Assembly (NCBI RefSeq): GCF_042660085.1
Contig: NZ_JBHSTI010000008.1
Location: 1,269,876 to 1,301,875, forward strand
Reading direction: 5' to 3'
Source: Longivirga aurantiaca
Lineage (GTDB): Bacteria; Actinomycetota; Actinomycetes; S36-B12; CAIYMF01
Length of the DNA: 32,000 nucleotides
The notes beneath the pieces were generated by a model. The model was not told the origin of the DNA. It saw only the letters and a program-made list of their open reading frames with translations, and ran no database searches. Positions within the stretch are counted from its first letter, which is position 1. Each line of letters opens with the position of its first letter. This document shows positions 1-9,960 of the stretch, piece by piece. Both the position numbers and the translations under genes were made by a program.

Positions 1-1
1 C

Positions 2-1087
2 CTCGTGAGCGGAGGAAGGCTGCTGCGCGCGCTCGTCGTCGAGCACCCGCGCGACGCGCTCGCCCTTGCGGTGGGCCACCAGGTCGACTTCTTCACGGCG
101 GATGCGCCGGCCCTCCGCGACCGCGTGGGCGGCGCGCTCTCCGCCTGGACCGAGGACGACCCGCACCTCGGGCAGCTGCTCGGCATGCACGCGTTCGGCC
201 TCGAGGAGTGCGGGCTCTACGGACGCTCGGAGGACGTCGGGCTCCGGGCGCTCGAGCTCGACCGGTCGGACGTGTGGGCGCTGCACGCCGTCGCGCACAC
301 CTTCGAGATGCAGGGCCGGTTCGCCGAGGGCCGCGCCTTCCTCGACGAGCGCGCGGGCGACTGGCAGCAGGGCAACTTCCTCAACGTCCACAACTGGTGG
401 CACTACTGCCTCTACCTGCTCGAGGCCGGCGACACCCGGCGTCCGCTGGAGATCTACGACGCCGTCCTGCACCACGCGGAGTCCGCCGGTCTCGCGATGG
501 AGATGCTGGATGCGTCTGCGCTGCTGTGGCGGCTGCTGCTCGAGGGCGAGGACACGGGGTCGCGGTGGACGGCTCTCGCCGAGGCGTGGGACGCGAAGGT
601 CGCGGTGCCTCTCTACTCGTTCAACGACATGCACGCCGTGATGGCGTACATCGGTGCCGGCCGCCTGCGCGACGCCGAGCGGCTGGTCGAGAGCCGGACC
701 CAGTGGCTCGCGGGCGACGTCGACCCGGCGGTCACCAACGTGACGATGACGCGCGAGGTCGGTCTGCCCGTCGCACGGGCGCTCGTGGCCTTCGCGCGCG
801 AGGACTACGCCACCGCGGTCGAACTGCTGGCGCCCATCAGGAGCCGCGTGCAGCTGTTCGGCGGCAGCCACGCGCAGCGGGACGCCGTGCAGCGCACGCT
901 GCTCGAGGCGGCCATCCGTGCGGGCCGGCTCGATCTCGCGCGGACGCTGGTCTCGGAGAGGCTCGGGATCAACCCGTGCAGCCCCTACTCCTGGCTCAAG
1001 CGCGCGACCGTGGTGCAGGCGCTCGGCGACGAGGTCGGCGCCGACCTCGCGCGCGCGGAGGCCGAGGCGCTCCGCACCGCTCGCTGA
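2..1087 (+). CDS. TTC38-family tetratricopeptide-repeat protein, 5'-truncated by the window edge
   Basis: The frame is open from the window start, and the GTG at 5 is probably internal. GC3 is high. The sequence (HAFGLEECG...[15 protein letters not shown]...[14 protein letters not shown]) matches my recollection of bacterial TTC38-like TPR proteins, which are about 440-460 aa, so the N-terminus is missing. Confidence 0.7.
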   Translation, partial: LVSGGRLLRALVVEHPRDALALAVGHQVDFFTADAPALRDRVGGALSAWTEDDPHLGQLLGMHAFGLEECGLYGRSEDVGLRALELDRSDVWALHAVAHTFEMQGRFAEGRAFLDERAGDWQQGNFLNVHNWWHYCLYLLEAGDTRRPLEIYDAVLHHAESAGLAMEMLDASALLWRLLLEGEDTGSRWTALAEAWDAKVAVPLYSFNDMHAVMAYIGAGRLRDAERLVESRTQWLAGDVDPAVTNVTMTREVGLPVARALVAFAREDYATAVELLAPIRSRVQLFGGSHAQRDAVQRTLLEAAIRAGRLDLARTLVSERLGINPCSPYSWLKRATVVQALGDEVGADLARAEAEALRTAR

Positions 1088-1269
1088 GCTGTCGGCCGGT
1101 GGAGGACCCCGTTCCGCGACCGGCCGACGCCCCGGCGTCGACCCGCTCGATGCACCTCGGCCGAGCACTCGGTGCACGTCGGAGGAACCGGATGCGCGTC
1201 GGGGGAGGCGTGGCGACACTCGACCTCCGCGGCCGTCGCCGGGCGGCCGGACAGCGCGAGGGAGCGGAC

Positions 1270-1362
1270 ATGGCTCTCGAGGACATCGTCGGTCAGGCGA
1301 AGGAGATGCTCAGCAGCAGCGAGGTGGAGCAGGGCGCCCAGGCGCTCAAGGACCGGGTCTAG
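1270..1362 (+). CDS. small hypothetical protein (30 aa, MALEDIVGQAKEMLSSSEVEQGAQALKDRV)
   Basis: ATG preceded by GAGGGAG 5 nt upstream. Nearly every codon ends in G/C. It loosely resembles the N-terminal part of small actinobacterial MT0933/CsbD-like proteins. It is short, so this is tentative. Confidence 0.4.
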   Translation: MALEDIVGQAKEMLSSSEVEQGAQALKDRV

Positions 1363-1500
1363 GCACCGAACGGCTCTGCACGGGTGGGTGGCGCGGTCGA
1401 CGCGCCGCCCACCCGTGGCCGTTCCGGCAGCGTGCGCGACGAAGGGGCGTACTGTCCGGAGTCACGGAGCCGTTCAGGCTTCCCGGCTCGAGGAGCCACC

Positions 1501-1632
1501 ATGGCCGACAAGTCCCCGCGACAGCACCTGCAGAAGAAGACGGCCGGGAAGTCCCTCAAGGAGAAGCGCCTCGACAAGAAGGCCAAGGCGGGCACCTCGC
1601 ACGAGATCATCCCGTCGACCAAGAAGCACTGA
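1501..1632 (+). CDS. small lysine-rich conserved actinobacterial protein (43 aa)
   Basis: An internal ATG at 1501 follows GGAG (the track ORF begins at 1384). The product MADKSPRQHLQKKTAGKSLKEKRLDKKAKAG... resembles short basic proteins I recall from other actinobacteria. Coding-type GC3. Confidence 0.55.
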   Translation: MADKSPRQHLQKKTAGKSLKEKRLDKKAKAGTSHEIIPSTKKH

Positions 1633-1642
1633 CCGCGGGTCG

Positions 1643-2500
1643 TCAGGGGCGGGCTCGCACCTCGAGTGCGAGCAGGTCGGCCGTGCACCGGTCCGGCTGC
1701 TGAGCGTGCAGGTCGTGGTGCGCACCGACGTACCACTGCACCTCGGCGTCGGGGATGCGGTCAAGAGCCTCGGTGACGGGCGTCGACCCGAGGGGGACGG
1801 CGTCGACCGCAGCCATGAGGAGCGTCGGCACCTGCACCCGCGGGTAGAGCGGGCGCGGATCGTCCTGCCACAGCGAGTGCACGATGCTGCGGTGATGCTC
1901 GCGTGCGAGGTGCGGCCGCACGGTGCCGTCGGGCAGGTCGCCGAAGTTCGCCAGCGCTCCGAGCCGACCCTCCTCCGGCCAGTCGCTGTTCCAGCTGCGG
2001 GCGCGCTCCTCGAGCGACGCGCGCGTCCAGCCGTCGAAGACCGGCGGGGCCAGCTGCTCCCAGCACTCGTCGAAGGTCGGGAACCGGTCCGACAGGTGGA
2101 TCCACCCGCCGTCGACCAGAGCGATCGCGCCGACGCCGCGGTGCTCGGCCGCGAGCGTGAGCACGACGTTGCCGCCCCACGACTGGCCTGCGACGACCGG
2201 CGCGCGATCGCCGGTCCATCCGAGGGCCGCGATCAGATCGCTCAGATCGCATGCGGCCGTGGAGGTGTCGTAGCCGTCCACGGTCTCCTCCGACCGGCCG
2301 TGGCCGCGCTGGTCGACGGCGACCACCTCGTGACCGGCCGCGGCGAGCCTGCGCGCAACCCCGTCCCACAGCCGTGCGTTCGAGGCGAGGCCGTGCACGA
2401 GCAGGAAGGGACGCCGCTCGCCCGGGGCACGACGCAGCGCCATCCGGAAGCCGGGCAGGGCGATGTCGTCGTCGACGAGGCCGGGGAGCACGTCGCTCAT
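1643..2500 (-). CDS. alpha/beta-fold hydrolase
   Basis: Starts at MSDVLPG (ATG 2500-2498) inside the merged 628-aa track ORF. It has HG-type (LVHGLAS) and nucleophile-elbow (GQSWGG) motifs. Its ATGA overlaps the upstream gene stop at 2497-2500. Confidence 0.85.
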   Translation of the reverse strand: MSDVLPGLVDDDIALPGFRMALRRAPGERRPFLLVHGLASNARLWDGVARRLAAAGHEVVAVDQRGHGRSEETVDGYDTSTAACDLSDLIAALGWTGDRAPVVAGQSWGGNVVLTLAAEHRGVGAIALVDGGWIHLSDRFPTFDECWEQLAPPVFDGWTRASLEERARSWNSDWPEEGRLGALANFGDLPDGTVRPHLAREHHRSIVHSLWQDDPRPLYPRVQVPTLLMAAVDAVPLGSTPVTEALDRIPDAEVQWYVGAHHDLHAQQPDRCTADLLALEVRARP

Positions 2501-3447
2501 GATGCCCCAGCCACCCGGGCGATCTCGTCGACGGTGCGCGCGACGGCGAGCGACTCCGAGAGCGGGAGCACCCACGCGTCCTCGCCGAGGACCAGCGAGG
2601 AGGCGGCCTCGACCATGAGCCGGTAGGCGTCGCACTCGGCGAACTCCTCGACCTGCTCGACTCCGTCGCGCACGATCCGCAGGGTCGACGGCTCGCGCCA
2701 GGACGTGAACGCCGGGTGCGGCAGCTCGAGGGCGAATCCGGGTGCGGTCACCGTCCACCCCTGCGACTCGGGCCGGACGAACGAGCCCAGCACCGAGGCC
2801 CGGCCGCGGTCCGATGCCAGCGTCGCGGTGGTCGTGAGGTCGACACCGGTCGGGCCGAGGTCGTGCGCCGCGTCCACGACCGTCGGCTCGTGCCCGAGGG
2901 CGACCATCGCCGCGGCGGTCGCGTACACGCCGACGTCGAGGAGGGCGCCGCCGCCGCGCGACGGGTCGAGCCGGTAGTTGTCGTCGGGCACGCCGGCGAA
3001 GGTGAACCAGGTGCGGATGTCGAGCTCGCCGGGCACCTCGGCCAGGAGCTCCTCCACGCGACGGGTCCGCGGGTGCCAGCGGTTCCAGGCGGCCTCGACG
3101 AGGTGCACGCCGTTGCGCTGCGCCGCCGCCGTCATCTCGGCCACCTCGTCGGCGTGCAGCGCGAGCGGCTTCTCGCACAGCACGTGCTTGCCGGCCGCCA
3201 GAGCCGCAGTGACCCACGGGAGGTGGGCGTCGTTGGGGAGCGAGATGTAGACGGCGTCGACGTCGTCGGCCGCCAGCACCTCGTCGTACGACGAGACCGC
3301 GCGCACCGGCTCGAGCGACCGCGCCCGGTCGAGGTCCCGTGCACCCACCACCTGGAGCACGGCGTTCTCCGCCTGGTGCACCACAGGGCCGACACCGCGG
3401 GTGGCGATGAAGCCTGCGCCGAGGAAGCCCCAGCGCACCTGCGTCAT
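2497..3447 (-). CDS. Gfo/Idh/MocA-family NAD(P)-dependent oxidoreductase
   Basis: Starts MTQVRWGFLGAGFIA (Rossmann GxGxxA) and contains the EKP motif (VLCEKPLA). The upstream part of the 1007-aa track ORF is an Arg/Pro-rich shadow. Its ATGA overlaps the upstream gene at 3444-3447. Confidence 0.85.
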   Translation of the reverse strand: MTQVRWGFLGAGFIATRGVGPVVHQAENAVLQVVGARDLDRARSLEPVRAVSSYDEVLAADDVDAVYISLPNDAHLPWVTAALAAGKHVLCEKPLALHADEVAEMTAAAQRNGVHLVEAAWNRWHPRTRRVEELLAEVPGELDIRTWFTFAGVPDDNYRLDPSRGGGALLDVGVYATAAAMVALGHEPTVVDAAHDLGPTGVDLTTTATLASDRGRASVLGSFVRPESQGWTVTAPGFALELPHPAFTSWREPSTLRIVRDGVEQVEEFAECDAYRLMVEAASSLVLGEDAWVLPLSESLAVARTVDEIARVAGAS

Positions 3448-5090
3448 CGCGGGACCACCGGCCGGCCCGAGTCCTCCGCCGAGGCACGCGCCGCCTCCAT
3501 GACGGCGAGCACCCGGCGCGACTGCGCACCCGTCACCGACATCGGCAGCCCGAGGTGCAGGCGCTCGGCCAGCTCGCGGTGGAACGAGTACGGCGCGGCC
3601 GCAGGGGTGGCGAGGCGGGTGACGCTGCCGTCGCCCGCGTGCAGGTCGAGGAGCGGGGGGGAGTCGGCGGGGGCGAGCACGTCCTCGGCGAGGGTGCCGA
3701 TGTCGTTGCGCGACACGATCCTCTCGGTGCGCCACGTGCCGACGATCGCCCCCTCGGTGCCGAGCACGTACCACCGCGGCTTGAGCACCGCGGCGAGGTC
3801 CGAGTGGATGAACTCCGCCTCGACGCCGTCGGTGAAGCGCACCGTGACGCGCGAGTGGTCGGCGTTCGTGACGTCGTGCCAGCGGCGCTTGTGGGCGGCG
3901 GCCGTCACGTACTCGACGTCCGTGGGGACGAGGTCGAGGATCTGGTCGAGCACGTGCGAGCCCCAGTCGTAGAACGCGCCGCCCGACACGCCCTCGTCGG
4001 AGTGCCAGAGGTTGCAGGGGTGCCCGTAGCCGCCGACGAACGTCTCCAGGTGGAAGACGTCGCCGAGCGCGCCGGAGCGCACAGCTCGGCGTACGGCCAG
4101 ATGGTCGGGGTCGAAGCGCCGGTTCTGGTAGACGACGGCGAGCAGCCCTGCCGCGTCGGCCTCGGCCAGGACGGCGTCCGCCTCCTCGGTGCGGATCGCG
4201 AACGGCTTCTCGACCACCACGTGCTTGCCCGCGCGGATCGCACGCAGCGCCCAGTCGGCGTGGGTGCTCGGAGGCGTGGAGACCACGACGAGATCGACGT
4301 CGTCGCGGGCGATCAGGGCGTCGGCGTCGGACAGCGTCGCGATGCCGGGGGCGGCCTGGGCTGCGGCGTCGCGGCGGGCGGGCGAGGTGTCGCACACGGC
4401 CGAGAGCGCGAGGCCGTCGACGGCGCGCACCGCGCGGCTGTGCTCGTGCCCGATCGCGCCGTAGCCGAGCAGCCCGACCCGGACGTCCGCGGGGGTGCTG
4501 CGGCCGGTGACGTGCCCGAGGAGACCGACCAGAGCGCGCACGGTGGCCCGCTCGGCTGCCGCGGCGCCGGTGGTGCCGAGGGTCCAGGTGGCCACGCCGG
4601 TGCTCGGGCGCCAGGTCATGACGGGGTGCTCGACGAGGCCGACGGCCGCCACGCGCAGCACCTCGACGTCGTCGGTCACCTTGTCGGCAAGCATCACGCG
4701 GTCGGTGACGTGGTCGTGCGGGCCGTTGTGGTCGCCCTCGGCGTGCGTGTGACCCGACGTCGGCAGCAGGGCGCCGTCGCGCCCGACGCGCACGCGGACG
4801 TCGTGGACCGGCGTCGCCCGGCTCACGCGGAAGCCGGCGGCCTCGGCGAGGCGCGACTCGGTGTCGCCGCGTCCGAGGGTGGGCCCGGCGAGGATCACGG
4901 GGCGGGGGTCGGCGACGACGGACGCGAGCTCCCCGGCCGGCAAGGGGCGGTCGGCCCACACGAGGACGACGTCGGCGGAGTCGTGCGTCGACTCGGCGTG
5001 CCCGGCTGCGGAGAGCGTGTGCCGCAGGGCGTCGACCGCCGCGCGCAGCGGGTCGTCGTCGAGCTGCACGATCCAGGCGATACGGGTCAT
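3444..5090 (-). CDS. two-domain protein: N-terminal ~200-aa ThuA/GATase1-like region (tentative) fused to a Gfo/Idh/MocA oxidoreductase
   Basis: The C-terminal two-thirds carry VGLLGYGAIGHEH and VVVEKPFA, the Gfo/Idh/MocA hallmarks. The N-terminal part is His-rich (SGHTHAEGDHNGPHDH) and its assignment is weak. It is the first gene of a translationally coupled three-gene operon. Confidence 0.75.
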   Translation of the reverse strand: MTRIAWIVQLDDDPLRAAVDALRHTLSAAGHAESTHDSADVVLVWADRPLPAGELASVVADPRPVILAGPTLGRGDTESRLAEAAGFRVSRATPVHDVRVRVGRDGALLPTSGHTHAEGDHNGPHDHVTDRVMLADKVTDDVEVLRVAAVGLVEHPVMTWRPSTGVATWTLGTTGAAAAERATVRALVGLLGHVTGRSTPADVRVGLLGYGAIGHEHSRAVRAVDGLALSAVCDTSPARRDAAAQAAPGIATLSDADALIARDDVDLVVVSTPPSTHADWALRAIRAGKHVVVEKPFAIRTEEADAVLAEADAAGLLAVVYQNRRFDPDHLAVRRAVRSGALGDVFHLETFVGGYGHPCNLWHSDEGVSGGAFYDWGSHVLDQILDLVPTDVEYVTAAAHKRRWHDVTNADHSRVTVRFTDGVEAEFIHSDLAAVLKPRWYVLGTEGAIVGTWRTERIVSRNDIGTLAEDVLAPADSPPLLDLHAGDGSVTRLATPAAAPYSFHRELAERLHLGLPMSVTGAQSRRVLAVMEAARASAEDSGRPVVPR

Positions 5091-5185
5091 CCGACGACAC
5101 TAGGCCCGACGGCAGCGCAGGGCGACCGGGATGGGTGACCGTTCGGTGACGTCCTGCCGCCGCCGCCGGTGCCAGACTTGCGGAC

Positions 5186-6331
5186 GTGCAGCTGGACTTC
5201 CACGGGTCACCCGAGCCGACCCTCGGTGTGGAGTGGGAGCTGGCCTTCGTCGACCGGGCCACTGGCGACCTGGTGCCGATCGCCGACGAGGTGCTCGCCG
5301 CCCTGCCGCCGCCGGAGGAGGGGCATCCCGCGCGGGTGCACAAGGAGCTGCTGCTCAACACCGTCGAGCTCGTGACCGGCATCTGCCGCACGGTGCCGGA
5401 GGCCGTCGCCGACCTGAAGCAGAGCCTCGACCTGGTGCGCGCGGTGACCGACGCGCGCGGGGTCGACCTGTTCTCGGCCGGCTCGCACCCCTTCGCCGAC
5501 GCGACCGAGCAGCTCGTCACCGAGGGGGAGCTCTACTCCACGCTGATCGACCGCACCCAGTGGTGGGGCCGGCAGATGCTCATCTACGGGGTCCACGTGC
5601 ACGTGGGGGTGCCGAGCGGTGATCGTGCGATCGCGGTGCTCAACGGGCTGCTGCCGTACTACCCGCACCTGCAGGTGCTGTCGGCGTCGTCGCCGTACTG
5701 GGGAGGGGTCGACACGGCCTACGCGAGCAACCGCGCGCTGATGTTCCAGCAGCTGCCGACCGCCGGGCTGCCGTTCCAGTTCGGGTCGTGGGCGGAGTTC
5801 GAGTCGTACGTCGGGGACATGTTCGAGACCGGTGTCGTCGACGAGTACCGGGAGATCCGCTGGGACCTGCGACCGTCGCCGTCGCTCGGCACGCTCGAGG
5901 TGCGCGTGTGCGACGGGCTGCCCACCCTGCTGGAGGTCGGTGCGGTCGCGGCGCTGACGCACTGCCTCGTCGTCGACCTGGGGCGCCGTCTCGACGACGG
6001 CGAGACGCTGCCCGTCCTGCCCCCATGGCACGTGCAGGAGAACAAGTGGCGCGTCGCGCGCTACGGCACCGAGGCGATCGTGATCCTCGACTCCGCGAAC
6101 CACGAGCGGCTCGTGACCGACGACGTGCGCGACCTCGTCGAGCGGCTCCTGCCGCTCGCGCGCGAGCTGGGCTGCGAGAAGCAGCTGCTCGACGTCCTCG
6201 TGATCCTCGCGGCGGGCAGCAGCGCCGACCGGCAGCGCGCCGTCGCCGCCCGCCACGGTGGCGACCTCGCAGCCGTCGTCGCCTCGCTCGTCGCCGAGCT
6301 CGACGCCGGTCGGCCGCTGCCCGCGATCTGA
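5186..6331 (+). CDS. ybdK: carboxylate-amine ligase, glutamate-cysteine ligase family 2 (YbdK-like)
   Basis: TLGVEWELAFVD near the N-terminus plus HVHVGV and the overall length (381 aa) are typical of GCS2/YbdK proteins. GTG start, divergent from the oxidoreductase operon. Confidence 0.8.
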   Translation: MQLDFHGSPEPTLGVEWELAFVDRATGDLVPIADEVLAALPPPEEGHPARVHKELLLNTVELVTGICRTVPEAVADLKQSLDLVRAVTDARGVDLFSAGSHPFADATEQLVTEGELYSTLIDRTQWWGRQMLIYGVHVHVGVPSGDRAIAVLNGLLPYYPHLQVLSASSPYWGGVDTAYASNRALMFQQLPTAGLPFQFGSWAEFESYVGDMFETGVVDEYREIRWDLRPSPSLGTLEVRVCDGLPTLLEVGAVAALTHCLVVDLGRRLDDGETLPVLPPWHVQENKWRVARYGTEAIVILDSANHERLVTDDVRDLVERLLPLARELGCEKQLLDVLVILAAGSSADRQRAVAARHGGDLAAVVASLVAELDAGRPLPAI

Positions 6332-6559
6332 GGCTGCCGTTTCGCCGGCGGCGCGCGGGGCGGGGAAGGACTCGACCCGCGGGGCTGCGAAGGCTGGGAG
6401 CGATGGCAGGCACGGGCGAGCTCCACAAGCGCGCTGCCTACCCCCGGGGGGTGTGTGTCCTACGAGACAGGTGTCGCGGGCCAGAAGCGCTGCGCCGAGG
6501 TCGATGAACTTTCTACGATCGAGACACGAGAACGACGGACGGCTCTTGAGGAGCAGAAG

Positions 6560-7315
6560 ATGTCCAACCTGGCCGAGACACTGGTCCCGCTCATGCACGC
6601 CGAGCCCCGCAAGGACGCGACCTGGCGGCGGGCGACCCTCAGCCGTGATCCCGACGAGGTCGCCGGCATGTTCGACGGCGTCGCCTCGCGGTACGACGTC
6701 TGCAACGAGGTGCTCGCGCTCGGTCAGACCCGCGTGTGGCGCAAGGCGCTCGTGAACTCCGTCGATCCGCGTCCGGGCGAGGTCATCCTCGATCTGGCCG
6801 CAGGCACCGGCACCTCCAGCCTCCCGATCGCCGAGCGCGGCGCGACCGTGATCCCGTGCGACTTCAGCCAGGGCATGCTCATGGTCGGCCACGACCGTTG
6901 CCCGACCCTGCCCTTCACCGCCGGCGACGCCCTGCACCTGCCCTTCGGCGACGGCGCGTTCGACGGCGCAACCATCAGCTTTGGCCTGCGCAACGTGCAG
7001 GACGCCCGCGCAGCCCTGCGCGAGCTCTACCGCGTGGTGCGTCCCGGCGGACGCCTCGTGGTCTGCGAGTTCAGCCACCCGAAGCACAAGGTGCTCAACA
7101 CCATCTACTCCGAGTACCTCATGGGCGCGATCCCGTCGCTGGCGCGCGCCGTCGCGAGCAACCCGGAGGCCTACGTCTACCTCGCCGAGTCGATCCAGGC
7201 CTGGCCCGACCAGCGCACCCTCGCCGGTCACCTGTCCGAGGCCGGCTGGCGCGACGTCGAGTGGATGAACATCCACGGCGGCATCGTGGCGCTGCACCGC
7301 GGCTTCCGCGCCTGA
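6560..7315 (+). CDS. menG: demethylmenaquinone / ubiquinone-menaquinone C-methyltransferase (MenG/UbiE family)
   Basis: [25 protein letters not shown], the SAM motif ILDLAAGTG, and FGLRNV are UbiE/MenG signatures. I prefer the ATG at 6560 (GAGGAG 7 nt upstream) over the track start at 6455. Confidence 0.85.
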   Translation: MSNLAETLVPLMHAEPRKDATWRRATLSRDPDEVAGMFDGVASRYDVCNEVLALGQTRVWRKALVNSVDPRPGEVILDLAAGTGTSSLPIAERGATVIPCDFSQGMLMVGHDRCPTLPFTAGDALHLPFGDGAFDGATISFGLRNVQDARAALRELYRVVRPGGRLVVCEFSHPKHKVLNTIYSEYLMGAIPSLARAVASNPEAYVYLAESIQAWPDQRTLAGHLSEAGWRDVEWMNIHGGIVALHRGFRA

Positions 7316-7467
7316 CCGCTCGCTCCTCCTCGGGCGGGGTCCGCTGCTGGGATCCGTCGGGGAAGTCGCCGGCGTCCATGCCTGACCCCGTGACGCGAGG
7401 CTGGAGCTTCGGCGGTTCACCGCGACCGCGCGTGAAGTATCCGGCAACAGGCGGGGCTGCGTCGGGC

Positions 7468-8118
7468 ATGATCGCCGCATGGACTGCCCCTATGGATGAC
7501 AACTCGACGGTCGCGCCGTTGGACCGATCGATGCTGGACACGGCCAACGACACGCTCGTGACGGCCTTCATGGACGATTCGATGGTCGGGTGGGTGTTCC
7601 CCGATCCAGCTACCCGGGCACGCCGCCTGCGCCGACTCAACCGGGTCCCCCTCGAATACGGGATTCGCTACGGCTATGTCCAGCAGTCCGGGGAGGGCCG
7701 GTGCGTCGCGATCTGGATCCCTCCCGGGCAGGCGATGTCCCCGTGGCGGATGCTCCGATCGGGGATGCTCGCCGTGCCGTTGCAGACGGGGCTGGGGCCC
7801 TTGGCCCGGTTCGGGGGCGCGGGTGGAGTCATGGACAAGATCCACAAACGGCACATGGACGGGCCCCATTGGGAGTTGCTGATCGTCGGCGTGGACCCCG
7901 CCCTGCAGGGTCAGGGGCGCGGCAGCGCCCTCGTGCGCGATGGGCTGGCTCAGGCCGACGCGGCGGGACTGCCCTGCTACCTCAACACGAACACGCCCGC
8001 CAACCTGCCGTTCTACGAGCGGCTCGGGTTCGCCGTGCTCGAGGAAGCAGTTCTCGGCAAGGGCGGGCCACCGGCGTGGGCGATGCGGCGGGACCCGATC
8101 CCTCAGACCCCGGCCTGA
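7468..8118 (+). CDS. GNAT-family N-acetyltransferase
   Basis: Lies in the tail of the 460-aa track ORF. The acetyl-CoA motif is present (VDPALQGQGRGSALV ... NLPFYERLGF). The start is ATG 7468 or ATG 7492 and cannot be resolved by eye. Confidence 0.7.
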   Translation: MIAAWTAPMDDNSTVAPLDRSMLDTANDTLVTAFMDDSMVGWVFPDPATRARRLRRLNRVPLEYGIRYGYVQQSGEGRCVAIWIPPGQAMSPWRMLRSGMLAVPLQTGLGPLARFGGAGGVMDKIHKRHMDGPHWELLIVGVDPALQGQGRGSALVRDGLAQADAAGLPCYLNTNTPANLPFYERLGFAVLEEAVLGKGGPPAWAMRRDPIPQTPA

Positions 8119-8397
8119 CAGCCTGTTGCGGGTGCAGGTAGGGCGCGCATCGCGGAGTCAGAGGAAGTCTCCGCGAGCAGTGGACGACGGACGTCGCGGT
8201 GCCCCAACGCCGACGCTCTCACGCGAACTCGGCTGAGGCCCATCTCCCTGTCTCTCGCCGGGACTCCACGAACAGAATCCACGGCAGCGATCGAGCCGAT
8301 GTGCTGATCGAATCCGGGTCGTCGGCCGGTCTGGGGGCAGGCCGAAGGGCGGTCACCCGGTGGGGGTAAGGCTTCTCGGCGTTCTCGGTGTTCAGGG

Positions 8398-9960
8398 CTA
8401 GAACGGCGGGATGTCGTCGGCTGGGTCGGGTGGTGGTTGCCAGCCGGTGTAGGGGCGTGGGGGTATGTGGATGCGTTGGCCGAGGAGGGTGATGAGGGTG
8501 ACCGATCCGTCGGCGTGGCCTTCGTCGAGGGTGACGTAGCCGGCGGTCTTGAGCTGGTGGCAGCGGGTGGACAGGGCGCCGGTGTTGGCGGGGTCCGACG
8601 GGCCGTCGGGGTAGCGCAGGGCGTGGTCCATCTGCAGGGCGGTGATGCGTCGGCATCCGCAGCCGGGGATGCGGCAGCCGCCGTCGCGGTGCAGGACGTG
8701 GTCGCGCAGCGGTGCGGGGAGGTACTGCTCGCGGCCGTAGTCGAGCAGGTGCCCGGTGACGGGGTCGGTGACGATGCGGCGGAACGCCGTCGCGTAGCCG
8801 GCGATATCGCGGGCCATGGAGGCTGGGATGGGGCAGCCGTGCAGCAGGGCGGGGTTGTCGCGCTCGCCGCGCAGGGTCTCCAGATCGATGACCAGCTGGA
8901 CGTGCACGACGGTCTGGGCGGCGGGGTCGAACACGACCGACCCGTCCTGGGCCGTGGTGCCCAGGATGATCGCGGCCGCGGCGTCCGCGGCGCAGGCGTG
9001 CATCGAGGCGTCGGTGTCCCCGGCCCGCACCGCAGCGGCGCCGCCGCGGGCGGCGTGCAGGTCCTTCGCGGCGGCGCGGATGCGGTCGTGCATGGCGGCG
9101 ACGGTGGCGGCGTCGGTCTTGATGCCGAGCATGGCCATGCCGTCGGGCAGCCGGCACGTCCACACGTCGCGGTTCTCGATGGCCTTCGTGCGGCGGGCGG
9201 GGGCGTCGGGGTCGAACCGCAGGATCACCTGCTCCAACGCGTCGGTGAACCGGGGCGGGGTCAGGGTGAGCGCGAGGGGCAGGGCCTGCTCCCCGATCAA
9301 GACCAGGGTGGCGGCATCGGCGATGACGCGGGTGCGCTCGAGCAGGACCCGCACGTGCTTGTCCGACACCCGCCCTGCGGCCAGCGCCTCCTGCATGCCG
9401 GGGAACACCATCCGGTTGGCGCGGGCGGCGTCGATCATCTGCCGCGCTGCCCGGAACGAGGACCGGCACGCCTGGGCGAGCTCCACCTCCCAGTGCGCCT
9501 CGACGAGGTAGTCGTGGTCGTGGGGGAGCACCGGCACCAGCGACAGCACCGCGTCGTAGCGGCGGGCTGCGACGGCGGCCTCGACCCGGTTCAGCACCTT
9601 CACGTACGCGATCCGGGCCAACGGGTCGTCCAACGACGCCGGATCGGTGGCCTCCAGCAACGCCAGATCCTCAGCACCGCACCCCTGCGGCCGGTCGGCG
9701 GCAGCCAGGATCGCCTCAGGCGCCCACGCGGGAGGGGCGAGCGGCGCGTCACCTTCCGGACCGTGGTCGGACACCTCGACGCGGTCGAAGCCGTCGAGGT
9801 CGTCGCCGTGCTCACCGAGGTCGTCGGCGTAGATCACCCGGTCGTCGTCGCTGGGGTAGAGCCGGGCGAGCTCGGCGGCGAACGCGACCTCCTCCGGCGA
9901 CAGGACCGACACCAGAGACGGGTCGTCGAGCGCGAGGAGCGCGGTGTGCGTGCCCGTCAT
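8398..9960 (-). CDS. DUF222-domain HNH endonuclease (13E12-repeat-family type)
   Basis: 520 aa. The N-terminal and central regions are typical of actinobacterial DUF222 proteins. The C-terminus carries an HNH/Cys-rich motif (HRDGGCRIPGCGCRRITALQMDH...RCHQLK). Confidence 0.85.
   Translation of the reverse strand: MTGTHTALLALDDPSLVSVLSPEEVAFAAELARLYPSDDDRVIYADDLGEHGDDLDGFDRVEVSDHGPEGDAPLAPPAWAPEAILAAADRPQGCGAEDLALLEATDPASLDDPLARIAYVKVLNRVEAAVAARRYDAVLSLVPVLPHDHDYLVEAHWEVELAQACRSSFRAARQMIDAARANRMVFPGMQEALAAGRVSDKHVRVLLERTRVIADAATLVLIGEQALPLALTLTPPRFTDALEQVILRFDPDAPARRTKAIENRDVWTCRLPDGMAMLGIKTDAATVAAMHDRIRAAAKDLHAARGGAAAVRAGDTDASMHACAADAAAAIILGTTAQDGSVVFDPAAQTVVHVQLVIDLETLRGERDNPALLHGCPIPASMARDIAGYATAFRRIVTDPVTGHLLDYGREQYLPAPLRDHVLHRDGGCRIPGCGCRRITALQMDHALRYPDGPSDPANTGALSTRCHQLKTAGYVTLDEGHADGSVTLITLLGQRIHIPPRPYTGWQPPPDPADDIPPF

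Noticed and set aside
3448-5520. Upstream extension of the 1,007-aa track ORF (2497-5520)
   Set aside because: Only the last 316 codons, from MTQVRWGFLGAG, look like a real Gfo/Idh/MocA protein. The extension overlaps the well-supported 548-aa gene in another frame and is Arg/Pro-rich.
5207-7480. 757-aa minus-strand ORF spanning ybdK, an intergenic region and menG
   Set aside because: It crosses two well-supported plus-strand genes and their spacer, and it has no motifs. It is a shadow ORF.
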